A stretch of DNA of 64,000 bases. Source: Marivirga sp. Its GTDB lineage: Bacteria; Bacteroidota; Bacteroidia; Cytophagales; Cyclobacteriaceae. This document shows positions 19,803-30,042 of the stretch, piece after piece (position 1 is the stretch's first letter; every line of letters begins with the position of its first letter). The notes below the pieces were generated by a model, which was not told where the DNA came from, did no database searches, and saw only the letters and a program-made list of their open reading frames with translations. Position numbers and translations under genes: made by a program. Location of the stretch: NCBI RefSeq assembly GCF_024636815.1, contig NZ_JAGXGF010000230.1, forward strand, positions 4,835 to 68,834. Direction: 5' to 3'.

Positions 19803-22800
19803 ATGAATAAAAATATTTTAATTTTGGGACTCGTTTTAATGTTTCCCTTTTCTTCATTTAGCCAATACGCTTTTGTTAATACGCAGGCCGATAAAATCTA
19901 TCAGGATGGAATAGAATTTTTTGAGCAAAAGCAATATACAGCGGCACAAAATAAATTTGAAGATTATTTGACTCATCAGGATAAAAATAGGCTTAAAGAG
20001 AATAATGCTAAGTATTATAGTGCGCTTATTTCTATTTACCTGTATCAAGCGAACGGTGAAAAACGCATCAAATCATTTGTAGAATCTAATCCCACACATC
20101 CCAAGGCAATTGAAGCTTATTTTGAATTAGGTAATTTCTATTTTAGGGAAAAAAACTATGCTAAGGCTATTCAGTATTATGAAAAAACGAATGCTGAGAA
20201 ATTAAGAGGAGAGGATAAAACTCATTATCAATTCAAAATTGCTTATGCCTATTTCAGTCGAAGGGCTTTTGATGAAGCCTTGCCTTTTTTTAATCGATTA
20301 AAAAGACGTGATAATCAATACCAATCTGCTGCAAATTATTATGCTGGTTATATAAATTTTGAGCAAAAGAACTTTGACGAAGCGCTCCTTGATTTAGAAA
20401 GAGCAGCTGAAAATGATGCTTACAAAATCTCAACGGCAAATATGATTGCCAATATTTATTATCAAAGAAATCAATTCCAAAAGTTAATTGATTATGCTGA
20501 GGATTTATTGCCTAGATTAAGCAGGTTAGAAGCGCTTAATATCAAATTAATAATTGGAGACGCCTATTTTGAACAAAATAAATTTGAGGAAGCAAACGAA
20601 TATTTTGAAGAATTTAGAAATGAGAGTAAAAGCAAAATGGATAGGGAGTTGCTCTATCGTATGGGATATGTAGCCTATCAAATGAAGGATTATGAAGAGG
20701 CTATCAAGCTTTTTGAAGAAGTAGGCATTGCTAAGGATTCACTTTCACAATTTAATGCTTATTATCTAGGGGAATTATATGTAAAAAAAGAAAATTACCG
20801 GTTTGCCACAAATGCTTATGAGCAGGCAAAACTCTTGAATTTTAATGAAGGTATTGCCGAAGAAAGTCATTTTCAACTGGCTAAATTATATTTAAAACAA
20901 GGTAATACTGCTAGTGCAGTAAATGAGCTTTCATCTTTTATCCAAAAGTATCCTAATAGTAGTTATCTAACTCAAGCAAATGAATTACTGAGTGAGGCTT
21001 ATTTAAATTCCAACGCTTACGATCAAGCTATTAAGTTCCTGGAATCTATTGATAATAAATCGTTGAAGTTAAAAGAAGCGTATCAAAAGGTTACGTTCTA
21101 TCAAGGGGCAGAATATTTCAATCAAGCGAATTATTATCGTGCCATGCAGCTATTCCAGAAATCTGTAGAATATCCTCAGAATAGGGCATTGCTTGGCGAA
21201 ACTTATTTTTGGATGGGAGAGTCTTTCTCCACTGGAAAAAAATATAAAGAAGCAATTTCTTCTTACGAAAAATCCCTTAGGAATAGTAATAACTCTGATA
21301 GCTGGTATGCAAATTTGAATTATGGTTTAGCCCATGCATATTATAATGATAAGCAATTCGAAAAATCTCTTCAATATTTTAAAGAATATTTAAAAAATGG
21401 AAAATCTGCTACTTATTATCAAGATGCCGTAATTCGATTGGCAGATTGCTATTATGTGACTAAAAATTACCAATTGGCAATTAATTATTATCAGAAAGCC
21501 ATTGATGAGAGAAATTCCAATATTGATTATGCCTATTTCCAAAAAGGTGTAATTCATAGTATAAATGGTGAAAATAAGTTAGCTAATCAAAGTTTTGATG
21601 AGGTAATTCGAGACTATTCCAATTCCAATTATTATGATAATGCATTATTTCAAAAAGCTCAATTAGCTTTTGAATCAGGTCAATATGAAACTGCAATTGC
21701 TGGCTTTTCTAATTTATTGAAAAGCTTACCGCAGAGTCCTTTGCGACCATTTGCATATTCGAAAAGAGCTCTGGCATATTTTAATTTACAGCAGTATGAA
21801 AAGACAGAAGAAGATTATACTTTGATTTTGAAGAATTACTTAACGCATTCCACAGCTAATGGAGCTTTAGCTGGATTGCAGGAGTTATATTCTATCATGA
21901 ATAAAGAAGGTGATTTGGATCAATACCTGATGGCCTATAAAAATGCCAATCCTAATGATGGTGAAGTGACCAAAATTGAATTTGATGCCGCACAGTCATT
22001 GTATTTCAATCAAAAATATGATAGAGCAATTTCATCATTCAAAGCGTATATTGAAAACTATCCAGAGCATTCCTTGACAGCAGAAGCTAGGTATTATTTA
22101 GCCGATTCTTATTACAGAAATAATCAATTTGATCAAGCTTTAGATTTGTTTTATCAGGTTGTGGAGGATAATAAAACGTCATTCAATAAACGTTCTATTC
22201 AAAAAATAGCTGAAATAGAATTAGAGAAAGAAGAGTTCGATAAAGCACGTTTGTATTTCACTAAGCTTTTGGATCAGGCTGAAAACAAGAAGGATAAATA
22301 TAATGCATACACAGGGCTCTTAGAAATTGCTAAAGCAAAATCGGATTACAGCAAGATGATCTTGTATGCAGATTTAATACTGGAGGAAGCAGCTGTTAAT
22401 GCTAATGCAATTAACGAGGCTTATCTTAACAAAGGAATGGCGAATTACTATCAAGGTAAATATGATGAAGCAAAAGTGAGTTTTCAAAATGCGGTTAATG
22501 CTGCTAAAGATGAATTTGCTGCAGAATCTCAATATATGATCGCTTTAATGCAATATAATTCTCAAAACTATCAAGAGTCTATTAATACTTTATTTGAATT
22601 GAATAAGAATTTTGGTTCCTATGCTCAATGGTTAGGTAAATCATTTTTATTGATTGCAGATAACTATTTAGCGATAGGTGAAATCTTCCAAGCCAAAGCT
22701 ACTTTAAATTCTATAATTGAAAATGCGGATTCAAAAGTATTGAAAGATGAAGCTCAATTGAAGCTTGATATAATAGAACAAGAAGAAGGAGATGCTGAAG

Positions 22801-22871
22801 TTGAACAGGATAGTTCAGAGAATACTATTGAAATGGAAGAAGTAATTGAAAATGACTCTACAAAAAATTAA
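19803..22871 (+). CDS. large secreted tetratricopeptide repeat protein
   Basis: Signal peptide (SFS-Q) and TPR-type helical repeats over 1022 aa. Confidence 0.92.
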   Translation: MNKNILILGLVLMFPFSSFSQYAFVNTQADKIYQDGIEFFEQKQYTAAQNKFEDYLTHQDKNRLKENNAKYYSALISIYLYQANGEKRIKSFVESNPTHPKAIEAYFELGNFYFREKNYAKAIQYYEKTNAEKLRGEDKTHYQFKIAYAYFSRRAFDEALPFFNRLKRRDNQYQSAANYYAGYINFEQKNFDEALLDLERAAENDAYKISTANMIANIYYQRNQFQKLIDYAEDLLPRLSRLEALNIKLIIGDAYFEQNKFEEANEYFEEFRNESKSKMDRELLYRMGYVAYQMKDYEEAIKLFEEVGIAKDSLSQFNAYYLGELYVKKENYRFATNAYEQAKLLNFNEGIAEESHFQLAKLYLKQGNTASAVNELSSFIQKYPNSSYLTQANELLSEAYLNSNAYDQAIKFLESIDNKSLKLKEAYQKVTFYQGAEYFNQANYYRAMQLFQKSVEYPQNRALLGETYFWMGESFSTGKKYKEAISSYEKSLRNSNNSDSWYANLNYGLAHAYYNDKQFEKSLQYFKEYLKNGKSATYYQDAVIRLADCYYVTKNYQLAINYYQKAIDERNSNIDYAYFQKGVIHSINGENKLANQSFDEVIRDYSNSNYYDNALFQKAQLAFESGQYETAIAGFSNLLKSLPQSPLRPFAYSKRALAYFNLQQYEKTEEDYTLILKNYLTHSTANGALAGLQELYSIMNKEGDLDQYLMAYKNANPNDGEVTKIEFDAAQSLYFNQKYDRAISSFKAYIENYPEHSLTAEARYYLADSYYRNNQFDQALDLFYQVVEDNKTSFNKRSIQKIAEIELEKEEFDKARLYFTKLLDQAENKKDKYNAYTGLLEIAKAKSDYSKMILYADLILEEAAVNANAINEAYLNKGMANYYQGKYDEAKVSFQNAVNAAKDEFAAESQYMIALMQYNSQNYQESINTLFELNKNFGSYAQWLGKSFLLIADNYLAIGEIFQAKATLNSIIENADSKVLKDEAQLKLDIIEQEEGDAEVEQDSSENTIEMEEVIENDSTKN

Positions 22872-22872
22872 T

Positions 22873-24561
22873 ATGCTAAGATATATTTTATTCATTGTTT
22901 TTTGTTTCCCCCTTGTCGTAATGGGCCAGGATAATTGGAATCAGGAAGGAGATCTTGAGGATTCTCAGGTCATTATAGAGAAAAACCGTAAAATTGATCT
23001 GCCGAGAATTAACAGAGATTTTAAAAAAGTGCCTGAAATTAAAAATAATCAATCTGCTATAGATGTAGAATTCAATTCACGACAATTTGTTCCAAATCTC
23101 AATAGCTTAGCACCTCGAATTAGGGTTCTTACTATTCAAGACGAGAAACTAGAAAAACTTTATGCCAATCAAGTTAAAATAGGAGGAGGGAATTATGGAG
23201 CTTCTTATTTTGAAGGAAATTTTGCCAGTAAAAGAAGTAAGGATAGGAGTTATGGAGTCAATTTATTTCATCAAAGTTTTGCTAACGGACCTATAGACGG
23301 AAGAAATTCGGGTTCGGGTTATCAAAGAGTGAATCCTTATGGGAAAATGATTTTTAGCAAAGCCGTTGTAAATGCGGAGGCTTTTTATGAAAGACATAAT
23401 AATTATCTGTATGGTTATGACACAGCATTGTATTCAGAAGTAGATAGGGATACTTTGCAGCGAACTTTTCATACTTTAGGGGCCAGAATATCATTAGAAG
23501 ACCAAAATGAAAATAGCCAATATCATTATAATGCTGATATGGATATCTATCAGTTGTTTACCAATATCAACAATTCGGAATTTTCATTTGATTACAACAT
23601 TGAAAATAGCTTTGAGATAAATAAAGAGTGGACAGCTTATTTTAATTCTGATGGTTACTTAAGCAGTTTGAAATTTGATGTGCTTGATTCTGCCCGAAAT
23701 CGAAATCTTTTGAGATTTAAACCTGGCGTTAAGTTTTCAATGGAAAATCTTAAAATTGGATTAGGGTTTAATTTTGTCCATGAGAATGATACATTGGTAG
23801 GTATGAATAAACTTCATGTTTATCCCGACTTGAATATTACTTATACACCATTTGAAAAGTTAAGTGTTTTTGGAGGATTGAAAGGGGATGTACGAGCTAA
23901 TAGATATAGAGATTTCCTTATGGAAAATCCTTATTTAGATAATACGGTAGAAGTTAATAATACTTTGATGCCATTTCAGATGTATGGAGGTATAGCGGGC
24001 TCAGTAAGTAATTATATAGGGTATGAGTTTGGTTTTAGTATTGCTTCTGTTCGCCATAATTTTGGTTATGAAGCAATCTATAAGGAAAGTCAAGGAGAAA
24101 TTCGGTTTAGGACTAAATATTTTAATCAAAATAATACTGAAGCTAACGTATATGCTTCATTGTCAACTAATATCAATAAGCTGAGGATCAACCTTAGAGG
24201 TGATTATTTTTATTATGATGTGGGAGATACTCAGTTAATGCCTTTTCGTCCTAATTTCCGATTAAAATTTAATTCTGAGTATTGGGTGGTTAATAAATTA
24301 AAGATTGGGTTAAATGCGCATTTGCAGGGTAGCATGAATAATGCAAATACATTTGTTCAAGAAAATGCTAATTATTCATTTAATATAGGGGAGTCAATAC
24401 CGCCTATATATGATTTAGGAATAAAATTAGGATATCAGTTAAGCGATAGGAGTTTGATTTTCTTACATGCTAATAACCTGATAGCCAATAAATACGAGTA
24501 TTACTTGGGGTATCCTAACCGTGGTTTTCAAATTTTAGCGGGTTTCACATATTCATTTTAA
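22873..24561 (+). CDS. outer-membrane beta-barrel, TonB-dependent receptor-like
   Basis: Signal peptide, alternating aromatic strands, ANNLIANKY..YLGYP..GFQILAGFTYSF with terminal Phe. Confidence 0.8.
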   Translation: MLRYILFIVFCFPLVVMGQDNWNQEGDLEDSQVIIEKNRKIDLPRINRDFKKVPEIKNNQSAIDVEFNSRQFVPNLNSLAPRIRVLTIQDEKLEKLYANQVKIGGGNYGASYFEGNFASKRSKDRSYGVNLFHQSFANGPIDGRNSGSGYQRVNPYGKMIFSKAVVNAEAFYERHNNYLYGYDTALYSEVDRDTLQRTFHTLGARISLEDQNENSQYHYNADMDIYQLFTNINNSEFSFDYNIENSFEINKEWTAYFNSDGYLSSLKFDVLDSARNRNLLRFKPGVKFSMENLKIGLGFNFVHENDTLVGMNKLHVYPDLNITYTPFEKLSVFGGLKGDVRANRYRDFLMENPYLDNTVEVNNTLMPFQMYGGIAGSVSNYIGYEFGFSIASVRHNFGYEAIYKESQGEIRFRTKYFNQNNTEANVYASLSTNINKLRINLRGDYFYYDVGDTQLMPFRPNFRLKFNSEYWVVNKLKIGLNAHLQGSMNNANTFVQENANYSFNIGESIPPIYDLGIKLGYQLSDRSLIFLHANNLIANKYEYYLGYPNRGFQILAGFTYSF

Positions 24562-24586
24562 TGTTTTTAATATCAATATTTGCCAT

Positions 24587-24594
24587 TATATTTG
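24587..24594 (+). promoter_or_regulatory. candidate internal -7 promoter element
   Basis: TATATTTG upstream of the SPOR-exbBD-tonB genes; AT-rich context makes a chance match possible. Confidence 0.4.
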
Positions 24595-24716
24595 ATTCTT
24601 AGAGTCAAAACTAATTAAGATTAGGTATTGATTTTATTGAAAAATAATAGTTTATTTATAAAGTATTATAATTTTTTAATACTTTTAAGCTAGAGTAAAC
24701 CTTAAATTACCAGAAT

Positions 24717-25472
24717 ATGGCCAAAAAGGACAAAAAAGACGAAGAGTATAAAGATGAAAACTTACATAATAAGCCGGAACAGGATGATGAAGATTTCGGT
24801 CTACCTGATTTAGATGATGATTCAGATTCCTCAGACGATTTTGATTCTGATCAAGACACTGTTGATGAATCAGAAACTACTGAAACTTCATTTGATACAT
24901 CAGAAACTACTGAAACCACATCTACTTCAGATGCTGAGGAGGATTTTGAGTATGATCCAGATCCATTTGGAGATGAGGAAGAGGAAGAACCAGTTCCTAC
25001 TTATACTCCGCCTAAAAAGGAGTCTGCAGCACCAATTATTATTACATTATCGATTATTATTTTAATTGCTGTTGCATTAATTTACTACTTCTTTTTAAGG
25101 GAGCCTGAAAAAGAACCAGTTGTTCAAGCTCCTGTGAAGGATACAACTTCTTATGTTGTAGAAAAGCCAGTAGAGCCTGAACCTGAGGTAATTGAGCCGG
25201 AAGAACCGACTGAAGGTGTTGTCAATACACTAAACTCAAGAACAGGTCGTTCATATGTTGTTGTGGGTAGTTTCTTTGATGATGATTTAGCTCAAGACTA
25301 TGCCGAAGATTTAATTAAAAACGGTACTAATGCTTATATTATTCCACCTTTTGGTAAGAGTAAATTCACTAGGGTAGCTATTGAAGAGACTGAAAACTTT
25401 GCTACTGCAAGCACAAGAGCTACAGAATTATCAGGGCAATTTAAAGAGCAACCTTGGCCATTGAAATATTGA
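24717..25472 (+). CDS. bitopic SPOR-domain protein with acidic N-terminus
   Basis: D/E-rich N-terminus, one TM, Pro/Glu linker, C-terminal YVVVGSF...A...A..L SPOR pattern. Confidence 0.78.
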   Translation: MAKKDKKDEEYKDENLHNKPEQDDEDFGLPDLDDDSDSSDDFDSDQDTVDESETTETSFDTSETTETTSTSDAEEDFEYDPDPFGDEEEEEPVPTYTPPKKESAAPIIITLSIIILIAVALIYYFFLREPEKEPVVQAPVKDTTSYVVEKPVEPEPEVIEPEEPTEGVVNTLNSRTGRSYVVVGSFFDDDLAQDYAEDLIKNGTNAYIIPPFGKSKFTRVAIEETENFATASTRATELSGQFKEQPWPLKY

Positions 25473-25482
25473 TATTTAAAAT

Positions 25483-26160
25483 ATGACACTATTACAAGTT
25501 ACCACTGTTGCAGATTCTGCAATAGTAAACGCTTCAGACAGTAGCGTTAATTTGTTCGATTTACTTTTAAAAGGGGGATATGTTATGATTCCCCTTTTGT
25601 TATTATCAGCAGCCGCAATTGCTATTTTTGTGGAGCGGGTTTTAACAATTAAGAAATCTTCCAAAACTCCAACTGGTTTATTAACCCAAGTGAAATCATT
25701 GGTTTCTGAGGGGAAAATTGATCAGGCTAAAATGATGTGCTCTCAAAATGAAACACCTATTGCTAAAATGTTAGAAAAAGGTGTTTCAAGAATTGGAAGT
25801 CCATTAAAGAATATTGAGGTCTCAATTGAGAATGTTGGAAAAATTGAAATTTATAGATTGGAAAAGAATTTATCATTGCTAGCTACCATTTCCGGTGCAG
25901 CACCTATGATCGGGTTCTTAGGTACCGTTACAGGTATGATTCAAGCTTTTATAGCCATTGCACAGGAAGAAGGTTCTGTCAGCCCTAAATTACTATCAGA
26001 AGGGATTTATGAAGCTATGATTACTACTGCAGTTGGTTTATCTGTTGGTATTATTGCTTACTTAGGCTATAATTATTTGGTAACGCAAGTACAGAAGGTA
26101 ATTCACAAAATGGAATATACCTCGGTTGAGTTTATTGATTTACTTCAAGAATCTAAATAA
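25483..26160 (+). CDS. exbB: MotA/TolQ/ExbB proton channel protein
   Basis: LATISGAAPMIGFLGTVTGMI, GIYEAMITTAVGL. Confidence 0.92.
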   Translation: MTLLQVTTVADSAIVNASDSSVNLFDLLLKGGYVMIPLLLLSAAAIAIFVERVLTIKKSSKTPTGLLTQVKSLVSEGKIDQAKMMCSQNETPIAKMLEKGVSRIGSPLKNIEVSIENVGKIEIYRLEKNLSLLATISGAAPMIGFLGTVTGMIQAFIAIAQEEGSVSPKLLSEGIYEAMITTAVGLSVGIIAYLGYNYLVTQVQKVIHKMEYTSVEFIDLLQESK

Positions 26161-26166
26161 GGCGCT

Positions 26167-26562
26167 ATGTCAATGAAACCCAGACATAAAGTTGATCCTG
26201 CTTTCAGCATGTCATCCATGACAGATATAATATTTCTGTTGTTGATTTTCTTTATGTTAACCTCTTCATTCATTACCCCATCAGGGTTGCCTGTTAATTT
26301 ACCATCCAGCAAGTCGACTAATATAGTAATGCAAAAAGTGAGCGTTACCATAACAAAAGACATGTTGTATTTCGTTAACGATAAAAGAGTAGCTGTTTCA
26401 GATATAGAAACGGCTATCAAAAGAGAATTAAGAAATGCTGACGAAGGTGTTGTGGTTTTACACATTGATAAAAGTGTGGCAACCGAACATTTAGTTAGGG
26501 TTGCAGGTATAGCTTCGTCTTTAAAAGCAAAAGTATCGATTGCAGCACAGCCAAATGAGTGA
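26167..26562 (+). CDS. exbD: ExbD/TolR protein
   Basis: SMTDIIFLLLIFFML with the essential Asp, VNLPSS. Confidence 0.92.
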   Translation: MSMKPRHKVDPAFSMSSMTDIIFLLLIFFMLTSSFITPSGLPVNLPSSKSTNIVMQKVSVTITKDMLYFVNDKRVAVSDIETAIKRELRNADEGVVVLHIDKSVATEHLVRVAGIASSLKAKVSIAAQPNE

Positions 26563-27403
26563 TTATGCACATAAGGAAAAGAAAAATCGGATAATTGGAA
26601 TATCCGTTTCTGTTGGGCTTCATATTTTGTTGCTCCTGCTATTCCTATGGGTTACCGCCTGGAAAGAACCTTATCCACCTTTACCAGAGTATGGAATTGA
26701 GTTGAATATGGGCATCGATAATAGCGGCTCAGGTAATGAGCCTGTTTCTGGTCAGGAAGCTGAAGAAATAGAAGAGACCCCTACAGAAGAAGCTGAGGAA
26801 TCAGTTGAAGAAGAAATAGAAGAAACTACAGAATCAGACGCAAATGATGTTGTAGAAGAAGTATCGGAACCTGCTGAAGAAGTAGTAGAAGAAGCTGTAA
26901 ATGAAGAGGATGCACCTGTAAAAGTGGAAGATACCCCTACAGAAAAAGCCAAAGAAACACCAAAACAGGAAAAGAAGGAAGAGAAAAAAGAGGAGCCAAA
27001 AGCCAATCCTAATGCGTTATTTCCTGGAGACACTAAAACGCAAGGAGAAACCAATGATAAAAAAGGTGACCAAGGAAACCCTGAGGGCGAAGTTGATGCA
27101 GATGCCATGATGGGGCCACAAGGCGGAGGCAACGGCAGTAAATTAGATATGGCTGGCTGGAAATGGGATAGAGTTCCAGATCCTGATGACCCATCAAACC
27201 AAAGCGGGAAAATTGTGTTTGAGATAAGAGTAGATAATAATGGAGAGGTAATAAGTGTAAGGACACTGACCACTACAGTTTCAGCAGATGTAGCAAAAAT
27301 ATATCAAGATGAAGTGGCTAAATTAACTTTTAGTAAAACATCATCTGGTAAAATAGTCGCACAATACAAAGGAACCATCACATTTTTGATTCGCTCGAAT
27401 TAA
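26555..27403 (+). CDS. TonB/TolA-like energy transducer
   Basis: N-terminal TM with SxxxH (SVGLH), acidic linker, GKIVFEIRVDNNGEVI C-domain. Confidence 0.85.
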   Translation: MSDYAHKEKKNRIIGISVSVGLHILLLLLFLWVTAWKEPYPPLPEYGIELNMGIDNSGSGNEPVSGQEAEEIEETPTEEAEESVEEEIEETTESDANDVVEEVSEPAEEVVEEAVNEEDAPVKVEDTPTEKAKETPKQEKKEEKKEEPKANPNALFPGDTKTQGETNDKKGDQGNPEGEVDADAMMGPQGGGNGSKLDMAGWKWDRVPDPDDPSNQSGKIVFEIRVDNNGEVISVRTLTTTVSADVAKIYQDEVAKLTFSKTSSGKIVAQYKGTITFLIRSN

Positions 27404-27421
27404 TCTTAGAACTCATATAAA

Positions 27422-28723
27422 ATGACATATCAGGAAGCGGAAGCTTTTTTATTTGAACAATTACCTATGTTTCAAAGGGTGGGTGGTCCGGCCTATAAAA
27501 AGGACCTCCAAAATACCATTGCTTTATTAAAGTCATTAGGCAATCCACATTTAAAGGGGAAATTCATTCATGTTGCCGGGACAAATGGAAAGGGGAGTAC
27601 TGCTTCTTTTTTAGCATCTATATTAAAAGAATCTGGTTATAAAACCGGACTTTACACTTCTCCTCATCTCAAAAGTTTCACAGAGAGAATGAGAATAAAT
27701 GGAGAAGCTATCTCACAAACTGAGGTGATAAAATATGTGGAGAAATTCAAGCCCATCATTGAAGAATTAAGACCATCTTTTTTTGAACTGACTACTGCTA
27801 TGGTTTTTGATTATTTTGCTAAAGAAGAAGTAGATATTGCCGTGATAGAAGTAGGCATGGGAGGCAGACTCGATTGCACCAATGTCATCCAACCAGAGGT
27901 CTCTATTATCACACAAATCGGATTGGATCATCAGCAATTTTTAGGTAATACGCTGGAAGAAATCACTAAAGAGAAAGCTGGTATTATTAAAGAAAATACA
28001 TCTATAATATCTTCTTTAGTAGAAAATGAACTTATGTTAATTATTAAAGATATAGCAAATACCAAAAATGCTCCGTTTTTTGATAGTAATGAGAAGTTTA
28101 AGATTTCTGTAAAAGAAGAATCCATTCCAAACTGGAAAATGACTGCTGAGAATCTAAATAGTTCTGAGATTTTAGATTTTGAATCAGGCCTTTCAGCCAG
28201 CTATCAAATTCAAAATTTAAAAAGCGTTTTTACTGCCTTACAAATTTTAAAAGAAAAAGGATACTCCATTACGAACAATCATATAAAAGATGGATTAAAA
28301 AAAGTGATTGATAATTCTGGAATTAAAGGAAGATGGCAGCGCATACCGAATGAAAAATCTCAAGCAAAAATCATTGCTGATACTGGGCATAATATTGCTG
28401 CTTTTGAACATATCGTGAAAATGTTGGAGAATGAATCTTTTGAGCAATTACATTTCGTCTTTGCCACTGTAAATGATAAAAAATTGGAAGGTGTTTTAGA
28501 ATTACTCCCCAAGAACGCGCAATATTACTTTACCCAAGCCAATATTCCACGTGCCTTAGATGCTAATGAACTAAAAGATATAGCTGATCAATATGGATTA
28601 AAGGGTGATTCATTTCCAACTGTGGCCCAAGCTTTCAAAATGGCTCAAAAAAATGCTTCTGATAAGGACTTAATATTTATAGGAGGTTCTACCTTTGCAG
28701 TAGCTGAAATTCCCAGTTTGTAA
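27422..28723 (+). CDS. folC: folylpolyglutamate/dihydrofolate synthase
   Basis: IHVAGTNGKGS, YTSPHL, EVGMGGRLDCTN, DTGHN. Confidence 0.96.
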   Translation: MTYQEAEAFLFEQLPMFQRVGGPAYKKDLQNTIALLKSLGNPHLKGKFIHVAGTNGKGSTASFLASILKESGYKTGLYTSPHLKSFTERMRINGEAISQTEVIKYVEKFKPIIEELRPSFFELTTAMVFDYFAKEEVDIAVIEVGMGGRLDCTNVIQPEVSIITQIGLDHQQFLGNTLEEITKEKAGIIKENTSIISSLVENELMLIIKDIANTKNAPFFDSNEKFKISVKEESIPNWKMTAENLNSSEILDFESGLSASYQIQNLKSVFTALQILKEKGYSITNNHIKDGLKKVIDNSGIKGRWQRIPNEKSQAKIIADTGHNIAAFEHIVKMLENESFEQLHFVFATVNDKKLEGVLELLPKNAQYYFTQANIPRALDANELKDIADQYGLKGDSFPTVAQAFKMAQKNASDKDLIFIGGSTFAVAEIPSL

Positions 28724-28726
28724 AAT

Positions 28727-29392
28727 ATGAGTAGACAAAAGTTAAAGAGATTTGAGGATTTGCAAAATCGTCATAATGTGATTGAGTATGATGATAAAAG
28801 ATTTCCAAGTATAAAGTCAAACTGGGGAAAGGATGTTTTTGGTAATTCAAATCCAATAAACTTAGAATTAGCTTGTGGTAGGGGAGAATACTCAATTGGT
28901 TTGGCAAAAGAATTTCCCAATGAAAACTTTGTGGGTATAGACATAAAGGGCGAACGTTTATGGCAGGGAAGTTCTAAAGCAATAGAGGAAGGACTAGAGA
29001 ATGTGGCTTTTGCACGAAATTTCATCTTGGATTTAGAGCAAATGTTCGCTGAAGGAGAGGTAAATGATATTTGGATTATTCATCCTGACCCAAGACCAAG
29101 AGACCGCGATGAAAAAAGAAGGCTTACTTTTCATCGCTTTTTAGAAATTTATAAAAGAATTCAAGGAGGTACAGGTAGGGTTTATTTTAAAACTGATAAT
29201 ACTCAATTATTTGAATGGACCTTGAGTGAAGTTTTGCCTGCAAGAGATGATATTAAAGATTTGCATTTTACAGATGATTTGCATAATTCTGTATATTTAA
29301 AGGAGCATTATGGAATTTCTACCCGATATGAAAGAAAATTTTCAAAAGTCGGGGAAACCATTAAATATTTAAGATTTGAATGGAAAGCTTAA
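28727..29392 (+). CDS. trmB: tRNA (guanine-N7) methyltransferase
   Basis: LELACGRGEY, HPDPRP, FKTDN, TRYERKF. Confidence 0.93.
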   Translation: MSRQKLKRFEDLQNRHNVIEYDDKRFPSIKSNWGKDVFGNSNPINLELACGRGEYSIGLAKEFPNENFVGIDIKGERLWQGSSKAIEEGLENVAFARNFILDLEQMFAEGEVNDIWIIHPDPRPRDRDEKRRLTFHRFLEIYKRIQGGTGRVYFKTDNTQLFEWTLSEVLPARDDIKDLHFTDDLHNSVYLKEHYGISTRYERKFSKVGETIKYLRFEWKA

Positions 29393-30042
29393 AAGATAAA
29401 TTACAAAGCCCTGCATTTTTAATGTATGTGCTCTATTTTTTGACGGCCTTAATATTGGTACTGTTTTTAGATAAAGGCACCTTCTTGTTTTGGTTAAATC
29501 AAAGACACAATCCTTTTGGAGATGTATTTTTTAGCTATGTAACCTTTTTGGGAGAATGGCATATTTTCGTAATTGCCGGTATTATTTTATTACTGTACAG
29601 ACTTTATTATGCTATTCTACTTACTTTAACAGGTATTATTCATTTTTTTATCGTACAATTTTTAAAAATAGTAGTTTTTGAGGCTTCACGGCCAGCATTA
29701 AAGTTTAAAGAGTCCTTAACTTCATTTAATTTGATTGAAGGAGTAGACCTTCATACCTATTACAGTATGCCAAGCGGACATACAGCTTCAGCTTTTGCTT
29801 TAGCCACTATTTTGATATTATTAACTAAAAATAAATTATTGCAGGTCATTTATATGCTTTTAGCTATTTTAGTAGCTGTTTCCAGGGTTTATTTATTTCA
29901 ACATTTCATGGTTGATACATTGGTCGGTTCGATTGTTGGCATTTTAGTGTCTGGAACAATATGGTGGTATTTATCTTTTAAAAACCCATCCATTCTTTAT
30001 AATACAAATCCTTTACATAAAGGTCTAATTTTCAACAGATGA
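29380..30042 (+). CDS. PAP2 family membrane phosphatase
   Basis: K..F...RP, SMPSGH, SRVYLFQHF..D motifs. Confidence 0.9.
   Translation: MESLKDKLQSPAFLMYVLYFLTALILVLFLDKGTFLFWLNQRHNPFGDVFFSYVTFLGEWHIFVIAGIILLLYRLYYAILLTLTGIIHFFIVQFLKIVVFEASRPALKFKESLTSFNLIEGVDLHTYYSMPSGHTASAFALATILILLTKNKLLQVIYMLLAILVAVSRVYLFQHFMVDTLVGSIVGILVSGTIWWYLSFKNPSILYNTNPLHKGLIFNR

Noticed and set aside
26752-27273. 173-aa Ser-rich antisense ORF
   Set aside because: Mirror of the GAA-rich acidic linker of the TonB-like gene
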